A stretch of DNA of 64,000 bases from Clostridia bacterium (lineage in GTDB: Bacteria; Bacillota; Clostridia; Oscillospirales; CAG-272). The stretch lies in NCBI GenBank assembly GCA_017472695.1, contig JAFUOQ010000016.1, positions 25,944-89,943 on the forward strand, read 5' to 3'. The position numbers and the translations under genes are program-made. The notes beneath the pieces are model-generated. The model saw only the letters and a program-made list of their open reading frames with translations, searched no databases and was not told where the DNA came from. Shown here in pieces: positions 9,337 to 18,688 of this stretch; position 1 is the first letter of the stretch, and every line of letters starts with the position of its first letter.

Positions 9337-10212
9337 ATGATTTGCACTATCAAAAACGATGTATTAACCGTTCAAATTTCATCTCTTGGTGCGGAGCTTT
9401 ATAGCATTAAAACAAACGACGGCTGTGAATATATGTGGCAGGGCGACTCGAAATATTGGGCAGGGCGCGCGCCTATTATGTTCCCCATTTGTGGTAGATT
9501 CTTCGGCGGTAAATATACATATCTTGGAAAAGAATATGAAATGGGCTCTCACGGAATAGCAAGACACTGTGAATTTTCATTAGAAAGCCAGGACGAGGCA
9601 AGTATTACCCTCTCTCTTGTTGGTAATGAGGAAACTAAAAAATCGTATCCATTTGATTTTGTTTTTGATGTTACATTTACACTTGTAGATTCGTCACTAA
9701 GGATTGGATATAAGGTTAAAAACACAGATACAAAGGAGCTTATTTTTGCCCTTGGCGCACACCCCGCCTTCAATGTTCCACTCGAGAATGGTCTTTCCTT
9801 TGAGGACTACAGGGTTGAATTTGAAAAGGAGTGTGACGCATTCAGGCTTGATTTGTCACCTACCTGCTTCTGCACATATGAGGACAAATTATATCTCGGT
9901 GGCAAGACAAAGACGATAGATTTAAAGCATGAGCTTTTTGATAATGATGCAATTTTCCTATACAACACACCAAAAGTAATTACCCTAACAAGCGACAAGG
10001 GTTCAAGGAGTGTCACTGTAAAATTTGATAATATGAAATATGTAGGGCTCTGGCATGCGACAAAGACTGATGCACCTTATGTTTGTATTGAGCCATGGTG
10101 CTCTATTCCGTCTGGTGATGGTGTTGTTGATGATTTAATTACTAAAAAGGACATGGTTCATCTCTCTCCAGAAAGCATTCACAGTATTGGATATGAAATT
10201 ATAATCAAATAA
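9337..10212 (+). CDS. Aldose 1-epimerase (galactose mutarotase-like) family protein
   Basis: 291 aa with family-typical LGAHPAFNVP and IEPWCS motifs. Confidence 0.8.
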   Translation: MICTIKNDVLTVQISSLGAELYSIKTNDGCEYMWQGDSKYWAGRAPIMFPICGRFFGGKYTYLGKEYEMGSHGIARHCEFSLESQDEASITLSLVGNEETKKSYPFDFVFDVTFTLVDSSLRIGYKVKNTDTKELIFALGAHPAFNVPLENGLSFEDYRVEFEKECDAFRLDLSPTCFCTYEDKLYLGGKTKTIDLKHELFDNDAIFLYNTPKVITLTSDKGSRSVTVKFDNMKYVGLWHATKTDAPYVCIEPWCSIPSGDGVVDDLITKKDMVHLSPESIHSIGYEIIIK

Positions 10213-10353
10213 CAAATTAAAGTGCCGATTATTCGGCGCTTTTTAATTTATATCAAACCAATTGTCTTCCTCATAAAATATATTAGGATGTTTAAAATAC
10301 GAATTTTTGTCAATAATAACTATGCAATAGAAATCAAATGGGAGTGATAAAGG

Positions 10354-10761
10354 TTGAATATAAAGCGAGGAGATATATTTTATGCAGATTTAAGTCCTGT
10401 AGTCGGCTCGGAGCAGGGTGGCTTGCGCCCTGTTTTAATCGTTCAAAACGATGTCGGCAATAAATATAGTCCTACTGTCATAGCGGCGGCAATAACAAGC
10501 AAAATGTCAAAGGCTAAATTGCCAACACATATAGGTGTTTTTGCAAATCAGGTTGGTTTACTTAAGGACTCTGTGATTTTGCTCGAGCAAATAAGAACTA
10601 TTGATAAAACCAGACTAAAGGAAAAAATGGGTCATCTTGACAACGATACAATGAATGAGGTAAATAACGCAATAAACGTTTCCTTTGGGCTGGGTAGTTA
10701 TAGCCAAGATTCATTAAACACCTCGTATGTATCAACAAGTGATGGTCAAAATATATTTTAG
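10354..10761 (+). CDS. mazF: PemK/MazF (EndoA-type) endoribonuclease toxin, with a ~20-aa C-terminal tail
   Basis: 135 aa. [47 protein letters not shown] is near-canonical MazF/EndoA. TTG start 7 nt after GGAGTG. Confidence 0.88.
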   Translation: MNIKRGDIFYADLSPVVGSEQGGLRPVLIVQNDVGNKYSPTVIAAAITSKMSKAKLPTHIGVFANQVGLLKDSVILLEQIRTIDKTRLKEKMGHLDNDTMNEVNNAINVSFGLGSYSQDSLNTSYVSTSDGQNIF

Positions 10762-10860
10762 TCAAAAGCCTCTTTTCGGAGGCTTTTTAATTTTTGTCTT
10801 GATTTAATAATACAAAAGTGATAGAATAACTATAAATTTGCTTTACATGGGGTAATTTAT

Positions 10861-11586
10861 ATGAAATGGGTAGAACAATATAAGGTGAAATTTCACGATA
10901 CTAACTCGCATGAAATTTTGAGTGCCTCACATGTGCTCAAATTTATGCAAGAAACTGGTATGCTACATATGTCAGCTTGTCGTCCATCATATGAGGACTT
11001 ATTAAATGACAATAAGGCACTTATTTTAAGTAGTATTCGTGTTAATATGTATACACCGATTTATGCTTATGATGAAATAACAGTAAAAACATGGGCATGT
11101 GGTTCAAGAGGCTTTACAACCACTCGTTCCTTTGAAATATACAAGGGTGAGGAATTAGTGGCAGAATCCAACTCTATTTGGGCACTTGTTTCTATTAGTG
11201 ACAAAAAGCTATTAAGGGTTTCAGAGGGTGACTTCTCTAATTTTGAGCCTGAAGAGCCATTGGTTCTGGACAGCCCTGCAAAGGTACGTATTCCTAACGA
11301 GTTAAAATTAAATCTTGTCGGTGAATATTCTATAAGATACTCTGACATCGACCTTAACAATCATATGAACAACACAAATTATCCCGATATGTTCTTTAAT
11401 TGCTTGCCAAAGCCAGAAACAAAGCTTGTTAAAAGCTATGCCATTTCCTACATAAATGAAGCAAAAAAGGGTGATAATCTTAAAATTTATCTTGCCAAAA
11501 GTGACGGAAAATATTATATGCGCTCTGTTCACGAGGACGGCAGAGTAAATGCAGAGGCAGAATTTATAACCGAAAGCATGGAATAA
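10861..11586 (+). CDS. Acyl-ACP thioesterase
   Basis: 241 aa with double hot-dog organisation. N-terminal YKVKFHDTNSHEILSASHVLKFMQE and the second-half YSDIDLNNHMNN motif are typical of FatA/B-like bacterial thioesterases. Confidence 0.8.
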   Translation: MKWVEQYKVKFHDTNSHEILSASHVLKFMQETGMLHMSACRPSYEDLLNDNKALILSSIRVNMYTPIYAYDEITVKTWACGSRGFTTTRSFEIYKGEELVAESNSIWALVSISDKKLLRVSEGDFSNFEPEEPLVLDSPAKVRIPNELKLNLVGEYSIRYSDIDLNNHMNNTNYPDMFFNCLPKPETKLVKSYAISYINEAKKGDNLKIYLAKSDGKYYMRSVHEDGRVNAEAEFITESME

Positions 11587-11700
11587 AGCTGTCAAAATTG
11601 CTCATCTTTTACAGAAATTTAGCACATCTATTTACCTTGACAAAGTCAAATATTTATGTTATGCTTTTTATGTAAGAAAAACTAAAAAGGAGTGAATAAA

Positions 11701-11931
11701 ATGGTAAAGACAATTTGCAAAAAGGTTTACGATACAGAAAAATCCGAAATAGTTAAGAAATTCGTTTGTGGTGAATTTGGTGACCCAAAGGGCTACGAGG
11801 AGACTCTTTACGTAACCGAGGATGGCTACTACTTCGTTTATGAAAATGGCGGAGAGGAATCAATTCATCCACAAGAAAACATTAAAAGAGTAGCAAAAAC
11901 CGCTGTTAAAGAGTGGGTTGAAAATCACTAA
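11701..11931 (+). CDS. Small hypothetical protein (76 aa)
   Basis: ATG at 11701 lies 8 nt after AAAGGAG (the ORF track's GTG at 11692 overlaps the SD). A terminator hairpin follows. No recognisable domain. Confidence 0.55.
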   Translation: MVKTICKKVYDTEKSEIVKKFVCGEFGDPKGYEETLYVTEDGYYFVYENGGEESIHPQENIKRVAKTAVKEWVENH

Positions 11932-11965
11932 TCGACAAAAAGAGTGGCGTATGCCACTCTTTTTA

Positions 11966-12433
11966 TTATTTTAAGTTATATTTCATAACCTCATCACCTG
12001 CATAGCACTTGCCGTAGCTTATTTCGACATTATGCATTTTTTCAGGGTTAGATACTACAATCACGCAAACAGGGTCAAAGCCATCTGCCATAATTTTATC
12101 AATGTCAGCATACGCCATAATATCTCCTTTTTTTAGTGGGTCGCCTGCTGACACTCGTCTTTCAAAATGCTTTCCGTTAAGCTCTACTGTATCTATTCCT
12201 ATATGGATAAGGACGTCTAACCCATCATCTGTAATAACTGTATATGCGTGACCTGTTTTATATGCGTTTTCAATCTTTCCCATATCCACTGGAAAGATAA
12301 ACTTTTTTGATGACGGAATTACGGCAAATCCCTCTCCCATAACTCCAGAGGAAAAGACCTCATCCATAACATCCTCAAGTCTCATCACCTCACCATCGCA
12401 TGGTGCGTATATTACACTTTTATAATTATTCAT
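11966..12433 (-). CDS. PTS glucose-family EIIA component
   Basis: 155 aa. HAYTVITDDGLDVLIHIGIDTVELNGKHF contains the two conserved His of EIIA(Glc). Confidence 0.88.
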   Translation of the reverse strand: MNNYKSVIYAPCDGEVMRLEDVMDEVFSSGVMGEGFAVIPSSKKFIFPVDMGKIENAYKTGHAYTVITDDGLDVLIHIGIDTVELNGKHFERRVSAGDPLKKGDIMAYADIDKIMADGFDPVCVIVVSNPEKMHNVEISYGKCYAGDEVMKYNLK

Positions 12434-12481
12434 AACTAAAATCCTTCGCTTTTATTAAAATTCGACACAGGGTGCGCTTTT

Positions 12482-14131
12482 TTATTTGCAAGCACACACC
12501 TTTCCTCTCACTCCTAAAAGGTATGGAGGAGATACTGAAACCTCATCAATTCCGATATTTACAAACTCCTGTGTCAGGGATAAATCCGCAGCCATCTCAC
12601 CACAAACGCCAATCCAACCACCGTTTTGATGTATGGCATCAGCTGACATTTTTATAAGTCGCATTATTGCCACATTATTTTCTTCACAAATGTGTGAAAC
12701 ACGCGCATTTTGCCTATCAACCGCATAGGTATATTGCGTTAGGTCGTTTGTGCCGACGGAGAAAAAATCGACCTCCTTGGCTAAAATGTCGCTTATTATA
12801 GCGGATGCAGGCGTTTCAATCATAATTCCCAGCTCTATTTTGGAGTCAAAGTCTATATTCTTTGAACTTAGCTCTTTTTTACATTCCTCAATTAGCCCTT
12901 TGCATTTAAGAACCTCATCAAGTGTTGATATCATTGGTATCATAATTGATATTCTTCCATAAGCCGAGGCGCGCAAAATTGCTCTAATTTGCCCCTTGAA
13001 TATTTCCTTTCTATCAAGGCATATTCTTATTCCTCGATAACCGAGTGCTGGGTTTTCCTCTTTGTCCAAATTAAAATAAGGAATTTGCTTATCCGCCCCT
13101 ATATCAAGCGTGCGTATTACTACTCTTTTGCCCTGCATTTTTGAGGCAATTGATTTGTAAGCTAAAAAAAGCTCCTCCTCGCTAGGTGCGTTTTGACGGG
13201 AAAGATACATAAACTCGCTACGCAAAAGACCTATTCCCTCTGCTCCGTTAGAAAGTGCGCCCTCAACCTCATCGCCGTCTCCTATATTTGCGTATATCAG
13301 TATCTTTTGCCCACTTTTGGTGACGGCTGGGCGGTGCATAATCGAGCGCAAATATCTCTCGTGCTCTAGAACAATTTTGTTTTCTCTTTCCCTTTCCTTT
13401 TTAAACTCTAGTACATCGTTTTCATCAGGATTTATAGTTATTTTGCCCCTAACCCCATCTAACAAGGCGAGTGAGCCATCATATTCGTTTGGAATTTTGC
13501 CAACTGCCACAACTGCAGGGATTGACATTGCTCTTGCCAAAATTGCAGTATGTGACGAGGGGCTACCATCAAATGTGACAAAGCCCAAGATTTTTGACTT
13601 GTCAAGCTTTACTGTTTGCGTAGGAGTTAAGTCGTTTGCCACTAATATATATTGCTCATCATTTTGATTGCTTTTTTTGTTTTTTGCCTGTAGAGTGTCG
13701 ATAATTCCCATGCAGATGTCCTTTATATCGGTTGCTCTTGCCGAGAGATATTCATCCCCTAGAGAGCGCAAAATGCTAGAATATTTTTCTCCACTTTTTA
13801 ATACTGCCTTTTCGCTTGAAGCGCCGCTATCAATCTCCAGAAGAACGCTATCTATAAAGTCCTCGTCTTCAAGAAGCATTGCGTGTATCTCGAAAATTTG
13901 TGCCTCACTCTCACCTATTGTGCTTTTTGCCCTTTCTGCTATCTCTCTTGTGCTTTTTATCGTTTCCTCAACAGCAGAAAGAAAGCGTGCTCTTTCCTCG
14001 CCAACCGATCCAATTTGCTTATTATTGTCATAATTAATTACAGTATCAAGAAATCTAATTTTGCCATATGCTTTACTGTTAGTTACACCAATTCCCTGAA
14101 AAATCGTGCACCCAGTGTTTAAAAAATCCAT
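12482..14131 (-). CDS. ptsI: Phosphoenolpyruvate-protein phosphotransferase (PTS Enzyme I)
   Basis: EI hallmarks GGPTS-like GSPSSHTAILARAMSIPAVV (active-site His) and the C-terminal PEP-utilizer GTNDLTQY. The ORF track starts at 14212, but the ATG at 14131 follows GAGGTG and begins just after the ptsH stop. Confidence 0.93.
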   Translation of the reverse strand: MDFLNTGCTIFQGIGVTNSKAYGKIRFLDTVINYDNNKQIGSVGEERARFLSAVEETIKSTREIAERAKSTIGESEAQIFEIHAMLLEDEDFIDSVLLEIDSGASSEKAVLKSGEKYSSILRSLGDEYLSARATDIKDICMGIIDTLQAKNKKSNQNDEQYILVANDLTPTQTVKLDKSKILGFVTFDGSPSSHTAILARAMSIPAVVAVGKIPNEYDGSLALLDGVRGKITINPDENDVLEFKKERERENKIVLEHERYLRSIMHRPAVTKSGQKILIYANIGDGDEVEGALSNGAEGIGLLRSEFMYLSRQNAPSEEELFLAYKSIASKMQGKRVVIRTLDIGADKQIPYFNLDKEENPALGYRGIRICLDRKEIFKGQIRAILRASAYGRISIMIPMISTLDEVLKCKGLIEECKKELSSKNIDFDSKIELGIMIETPASAIISDILAKEVDFFSVGTNDLTQYTYAVDRQNARVSHICEENNVAIMRLIKMSADAIHQNGGWIGVCGEMAADLSLTQEFVNIGIDEVSVSPPYLLGVRGKVCACK

Positions 14132-14138
14132 TTTCACC

Positions 14139-14399
14139 TCATCCAAGCTTTTCCTTACAAACCTTTTCAAGTGCCTCACTTGCCTTATCCTCATCCTCAC
14201 CTGAAATTTCAAAATGAAGCTCCTTGCCTACAACCGCGCCTAGGGACATCAAGGAAAGTAATCTTTTTGCATCTGCTTGCTTCTCTCCACATATAACATT
14301 TATTTTAGAAGAAAAGGTTTTTGCAACCGATGTAATAGTGCCCGCAGGTCTTGCGTGCAGTCCGTTTTTATCTTTTATTACAAATTTAAATTCTTTCAT
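14139..14399 (-). CDS. ptsH: Phosphocarrier protein HPr
   Basis: 86 aa with active-site GLHARPA (His15) and the regulatory Ser region KRLLSLMSLG. Confidence 0.93.
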   Translation of the reverse strand: MKEFKFVIKDKNGLHARPAGTITSVAKTFSSKINVICGEKQADAKRLLSLMSLGAVVGKELHFEISGEDEDKASEALEKVCKEKLG

Positions 14400-14492
14400 T
14401 TTCCGTTTTCCTTTTTGTTGATACTATTATTTTATCAAGAACGGAAAATTCTATACAAAAAAGAGCCCTGTCAAAGCAGGACTCTTTATTTT

Positions 14493-17441
14493 TTATTCGT
14501 CTGTTGCATCAATGGGCGTTTGCATCATTTCAATAAAATCTGCAAGCTCCTTAACCTCTTTATAGGATACGCCACTTGGGTTTTTAACGATTTCATTATC
14601 TTGAATATAAGAAATCTCGCCATTCTCTATTATATAAGTACACATAATAAAGCTAATGCTCTTTTGCTTATCATTCAAGCCAGTAACCTTTGTTGTAAGT
14701 GATGCATATTTCTTACTTGTAGTATTTATCTTGATAACTCCGTCCTTTGCGCTACCGTCATCGTTTAGTGGAGTCTCATCATCCAAAGCCTCTCTTATAG
14801 CGAATACTGTTCCACATTCAAATTCAGAGCCAATGCTCTTTGAGAACTCGCTCATTATGTCAGCGTTTAAAACATATTTTACCGACATTGAGCCACCATC
14901 ACTATACTCACATACAGAAAATCCCAAGGATTTTACAAGTGGGGCGCACGTTTTAGCACTGCCTGTAAGCGCTTCCTTACAAACAACACATTCCTTAACA
15001 TAGTAGCCATTCTTTGTATATCCATCGAGATACTTTATTACTGGATTTTCAGATTCTGTATGACTTGTTTTTGGATATGTCTGATTTGTAAAGTCATAGC
15101 TATTTTTTGATGGTGTGCCGTTTGTGTAAACATTTTCATAAACCTCGGTTGCTGTACCATCATTTACCCCACATGGGCAGTCATCGTTAGTATATTTAGT
15201 ATAACCAACCTCATAGCAGGTAGGCTTCTTTTCCTCTTTTACATAAGCGTGCTTTACATTTTGAATAATAGTAAATGATGTGCATTCAGCAAACCCTGCT
15301 GTAACCTCTGCCGTTGTATACAATTTAATTCCATGGCTCTTTGCAAAGGTTGTAGCGCCGAGTGTAAGCTTGGATGCGTGATGGTAAACAACGCAACCAT
15401 TCGCCCCTTGATTCATATTACTAAAATCGCCATCGGATAATGTCGTCAAATCCATAAATACGATTTTTTGCATATAGTATGTGGAATCAAATGGCTTTTT
15501 ATCAAGAGATGTTATTCCTCTACCAACATAAAGGTATTCAAGCTTGGAGCTATGGAACGCGCTTTCGCCTGTAAATGTAAGCTTTGCATTGTCCTTGAGC
15601 TCAAGTCTTGTAATGCCTGTTGCCTTGAATGAGGTTGTGCCAAACACATATTCAGAAAGACCTGAAAGAACAAGCTCCTTCAAATTTGCTTTTCCATTAA
15701 ACGCATTGTCCAAGAAGGAAACCTTTGCGCCTACCTTTTCAGATTTTATTGATTCTAGGCTATCTGGTGCGCAATTTGCAAAGAATCTAACGTGCTTTAC
15801 ATCCATGATTTCTATGCTTGTAAGACCTGTTAGCTTTGCAAGAGAGATAATCTCAATATCAACACCCGTGTCAAAGACAAGCTTTTTAAGGGTTGAATTA
15901 TCGGTTTTTATATTAATTCCCTTTATACCAGCAGGAATAATTATTTCAACAACCTGTGATGCTTTATAATCTCCAAAATCCTTTATTCCATTTATTACAT
16001 AGTTACTATCAATTTCAAATAAATTTTCTACCTTAACGGTTTCGGATTTCGTCGCGCCGTCTCCTGTATCAACCTTAACACTAACATTGTCGCCCATTGG
16101 GTCATAAGAAAAGAAGGTGTAATCCTCGCATGCGCAATTAGAGCAACGCTTTACAATATTACCTAATGTAGTAGGTGTAGGATTCTTTTTTGTTTCCTTG
16201 CTTGAATCAAATACGTGGGCAACCCTGTCACCGTCTGTAAAATATACTAGTGTCTTACAGGTTGTACATCTATACACGCTTTGAGTTTCGTGCTGACAGC
16301 TCGCTGCATATGTATCAGCAAGCTCAAATTTATGATCTGCACATTGTGATGAGAAAACAGTTAAATAGCTAGTGGATAATCTGTAAGCTGCCTTACAGCC
16401 GGAGCCCATATGTTCCTTTGTGCTAGTAAAGTCTTGCGCGTATGAAAACTTAAACGAGCCACCTTTTAGGGTGTATTTCGCATCTGCAACTGAAAAAAAG
16501 CTATTCGAGCTTTTCGCTACAATTGTGCCACCATTAACTGTAATACTAAATGCATTTCCAGCACCTTCACTGTCCTTTGCACTTACTGCAATATCGCCAT
16601 TAAGTGTTACAAACGCAGGAGATTGAATATTTATAGTGGGCTTTCTATTGACTGAATTTGCAACCTCAAGTATTGTTTTACAGTTTACTGTACCATATAT
16701 ATTAATCATTGGATAGCCGGAGAAATATCCCTCCTTGGTATCCTTACCAAGAGTTGCATTTGGTGCATCAATTTTAACATTTGCACCAACAACTAGTATG
16801 TTACTCGCTCCACCTGTTGTATGGCTATCCAAGCGGACAAGTGCACCTGTACCCTCATATTTTACAGTACCTGTACCATAAAATCTTGTACCAAAGCGCT
16901 CTCCACCAAGTGCTCCACTTAGTGATTTATCAACAGTCAAAGTTTGACCGTTCATAATTATATTCATATAAGCGCCAAGGGTTGTATTTAGCTCTATCGC
17001 CTGTGTCAAGGTAATATCGTCCAAAAGTCTTACTGTTATACCATTTTCAGGCATCTTCTTTAAGTCATCAGATGTCAAGTGGCTATCACTAAAGCTTCTT
17101 GCATATTCGTACAATGCCTCTGCTGATGAAATGTCATATGCAATTACAGGAGTGAGCGTAACGCTTTCATAAAAAACAACGCTTGAACCACCTACATACG
17201 CGCTACCATCTGGAGCCACCCAATGATAAGAATATCCTTCATCTGTCGTGCCCTTTGGAAGCTCAACGGCATTACCACCATTTGTAGAAGATGATGGATA
17301 TGAATGATCTATACCTGTCGCTGTGGCGTAGGTGATGCTAATCTCCTCGCCCTTCAAGGCGAATGCGGATGTAGCAAGCATAGCAGCAAACAAAAGCACA
17401 AACGCAAGCGCTAAAACAATTTTATTTTTATATTTACGCAT
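14493..17441 (-). CDS. Large secreted surface protein with BspA-type leucine-rich repeats and Cys-rich modules
   Basis: 982 aa. N-terminal signal peptide (KIVLALAFVLLFAAMLATSAFA), central LRR_5-like segments (ISLAKLTGLTSIEI..., FNGKANLKELVL...) and CxxC-containing modules similar to those in the 41215-44754 protein. Confidence 0.7.
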   Translation of the reverse strand: MRKYKNKIVLALAFVLLFAAMLATSAFALKGEEISITYATATGIDHSYPSSSTNGGNAVELPKGTTDEGYSYHWVAPDGSAYVGGSSVVFYESVTLTPVIAYDISSAEALYEYARSFSDSHLTSDDLKKMPENGITVRLLDDITLTQAIELNTTLGAYMNIIMNGQTLTVDKSLSGALGGERFGTRFYGTGTVKYEGTGALVRLDSHTTGGASNILVVGANVKIDAPNATLGKDTKEGYFSGYPMINIYGTVNCKTILEVANSVNRKPTINIQSPAFVTLNGDIAVSAKDSEGAGNAFSITVNGGTIVAKSSNSFFSVADAKYTLKGGSFKFSYAQDFTSTKEHMGSGCKAAYRLSTSYLTVFSSQCADHKFELADTYAASCQHETQSVYRCTTCKTLVYFTDGDRVAHVFDSSKETKKNPTPTTLGNIVKRCSNCACEDYTFFSYDPMGDNVSVKVDTGDGATKSETVKVENLFEIDSNYVINGIKDFGDYKASQVVEIIIPAGIKGINIKTDNSTLKKLVFDTGVDIEIISLAKLTGLTSIEIMDVKHVRFFANCAPDSLESIKSEKVGAKVSFLDNAFNGKANLKELVLSGLSEYVFGTTSFKATGITRLELKDNAKLTFTGESAFHSSKLEYLYVGRGITSLDKKPFDSTYYMQKIVFMDLTTLSDGDFSNMNQGANGCVVYHHASKLTLGATTFAKSHGIKLYTTAEVTAGFAECTSFTIIQNVKHAYVKEEKKPTCYEVGYTKYTNDDCPCGVNDGTATEVYENVYTNGTPSKNSYDFTNQTYPKTSHTESENPVIKYLDGYTKNGYYVKECVVCKEALTGSAKTCAPLVKSLGFSVCEYSDGGSMSVKYVLNADIMSEFSKSIGSEFECGTVFAIREALDDETPLNDDGSAKDGVIKINTTSKKYASLTTKVTGLNDKQKSISFIMCTYIIENGEISYIQDNEIVKNPSGVSYKEVKELADFIEMMQTPIDATDE

Positions 17442-17607
17442 ATGATACCTCTTATCATAAAGTTATAATCTTACAGAGTAATTATAACATTATATTATAT
17501 ATTTGTCAATATGGCAAAGTGCCTAAATTTGTGCAATGTTTACAATTTTATCATTTTTGCATCGAAATTTAGGTGAAAATATAACAAAACAAAAAAGCAC
17601 TTGCGTT

Positions 17608-17809
17608 GGCGTGATACTCTTATCGGAGTATCACGCCAGTTCTATTCGCCTGCGGCGAGTGATATTGCTACGCAGTGATATTTGGCTTACGCCGAGTGGT
17701 ATTCGCTACGCGAGTTTGAAAGGCGAATAGAATATCACTGAAGCCGCAAGGCTTCAATATCATTATTGCTGCAGCAATAATATCACTCCGACGAAGTCGG
17801 AATATAACT
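17608..17809. repeat. Convergent array of 9-mers (AGTGATATT x3, then AATATCAYT x4) interleaved with GC-rich mini-hairpins
   Basis: Read directly. AGTGATATT at 17658, 17674 and 17695 (variant). Reverse complement AATATCACT/AATATCATT/AATATAACT at 17731, 17756, 17779 and 17801. Perfect hairpin 17608-17637. 11-bp outer stem 17640-17650 / 17722-17732. Confidence 0.8.
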
Positions 17810-17853
17810 CTTGTTTTCTCTGCCGATTTGTGTTATAATGGGGCTAATCAAAA

Positions 17854-17975
17854 GCCTCCCTTGTGTAAAGGGAGGTGGCAGCCGAAGGCTGACGGAGGGA
17901 TTGTAAAAAAGCCCAAAACATCAGAAAACAATCCCTCAGTCGCTAACGCGACAGCTCCCTTTACACAAGGGAGCC
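17854..17975. mobile_element. Cargo-less (MITE-like) copy of the inverted-repeat element that carries DUF559 at 29987-30432
   Basis: Two ~48-51 nt arms in inverted orientation (17854-17904 and 17928-17975) separated by only 23 nt. Each arm is made of two mini-hairpins and is near-identical to the arms at 29987-30035 / 30381-30432. Confidence 0.7.
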
Positions 17976-18100
17976 TCAGTATGCGCGCAACTTTAGGGGT
18001 ATGGGCTTTGCCCGATGCATTTGTAATACAAATGCGAAACTGGCGATAAAGCATAACGGTAAATACTAATTCTTCTAACTTGATTTTGGAGGGAATACCA

Positions 18101-18499
18101 ATGAAATATCAGCTCCATGATTCTGAGATTGATTCTTTTATTCTTGAAAAAGATTCGATCATTCTTTCATTCCCAAATGGCTTTTATGCCGAGGATGATA
18201 ATGGAAATGAAATAATGCCTTTAAGGCATAAGCTTGTATTTACAATCGACCGAACCTGTCCTGATGAACCGTTAGAATCTTCTGTCTTTATTAGGAGAAT
18301 CAATCGTCGTTATAACGGTTGGAAGGATATTTCTTTTAAGCAATTTATTTCTCTTTTCAAAAAAGGAAATATGGTTATACATGATGAATACGACAGCAAG
18401 CTAACAAACTGGAAAATGATCCAGCTTAATACAAGCACGAGCCGGTCAAATATCGAACTGTTCATAACGGACATTCTTGATATAGCCTGTTACGAATGA
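18101..18499 (+). CDS. Hypothetical protein (132 aa)
   Basis: ATG at 18101 follows GGAGGG. No recognisable domain. A bidirectional terminator hairpin (18541-18583) follows. Confidence 0.5.
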   Translation: MKYQLHDSEIDSFILEKDSIILSFPNGFYAEDDNGNEIMPLRHKLVFTIDRTCPDEPLESSVFIRRINRRYNGWKDISFKQFISLFKKGNMVIHDEYDSKLTNWKMIQLNTSTSRSNIELFITDILDIACYE

Positions 18500-18688
18500 T
18501 ATAGACGATAGGAGTCATAATCAAATACCAAATCATCGAATAATTAACGCCGACAGACCCTGAAAATCTGTCGGCGTTAATTATTTGGTTACTGTGGAGC
18601 AATTCTTCGCAATATGAACAAACTGATTGTGATTTCTCCACTAAGAACATCACGCCTTGTCGCAAGTGCTTTTATTTATTCAACCAAA

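Noticed and set aside
10288-10347. 19-codon ORF (MFKIRIFVNNNYAIEIKWE) ending 6 nt before mazF, considered as a mini-antitoxin
   Set aside because: It has no Shine-Dalgarno, is far shorter than any MazE/RHH/AbrB antitoxin, and has a hydrophobic, low-complexity sequence.
17608-17809. Considered whether the 9-mer/hairpin array is a degenerate CRISPR array
   Set aside because: The repeats are only 9 nt, occur in both orientations, and the 'spacers' are themselves palindromes. No cas genes are nearby.
17828-18054. Two overlapping ORFs (73 aa on +, 68 aa on -) across the repeat element
   Set aside because: They are simply translations of the inverted-repeat arms (PLCKGRWQPKADGGIV...). The same peptide-like string appears wherever the arm occurs, including as a false N-terminal extension of the DUF559 ORF.
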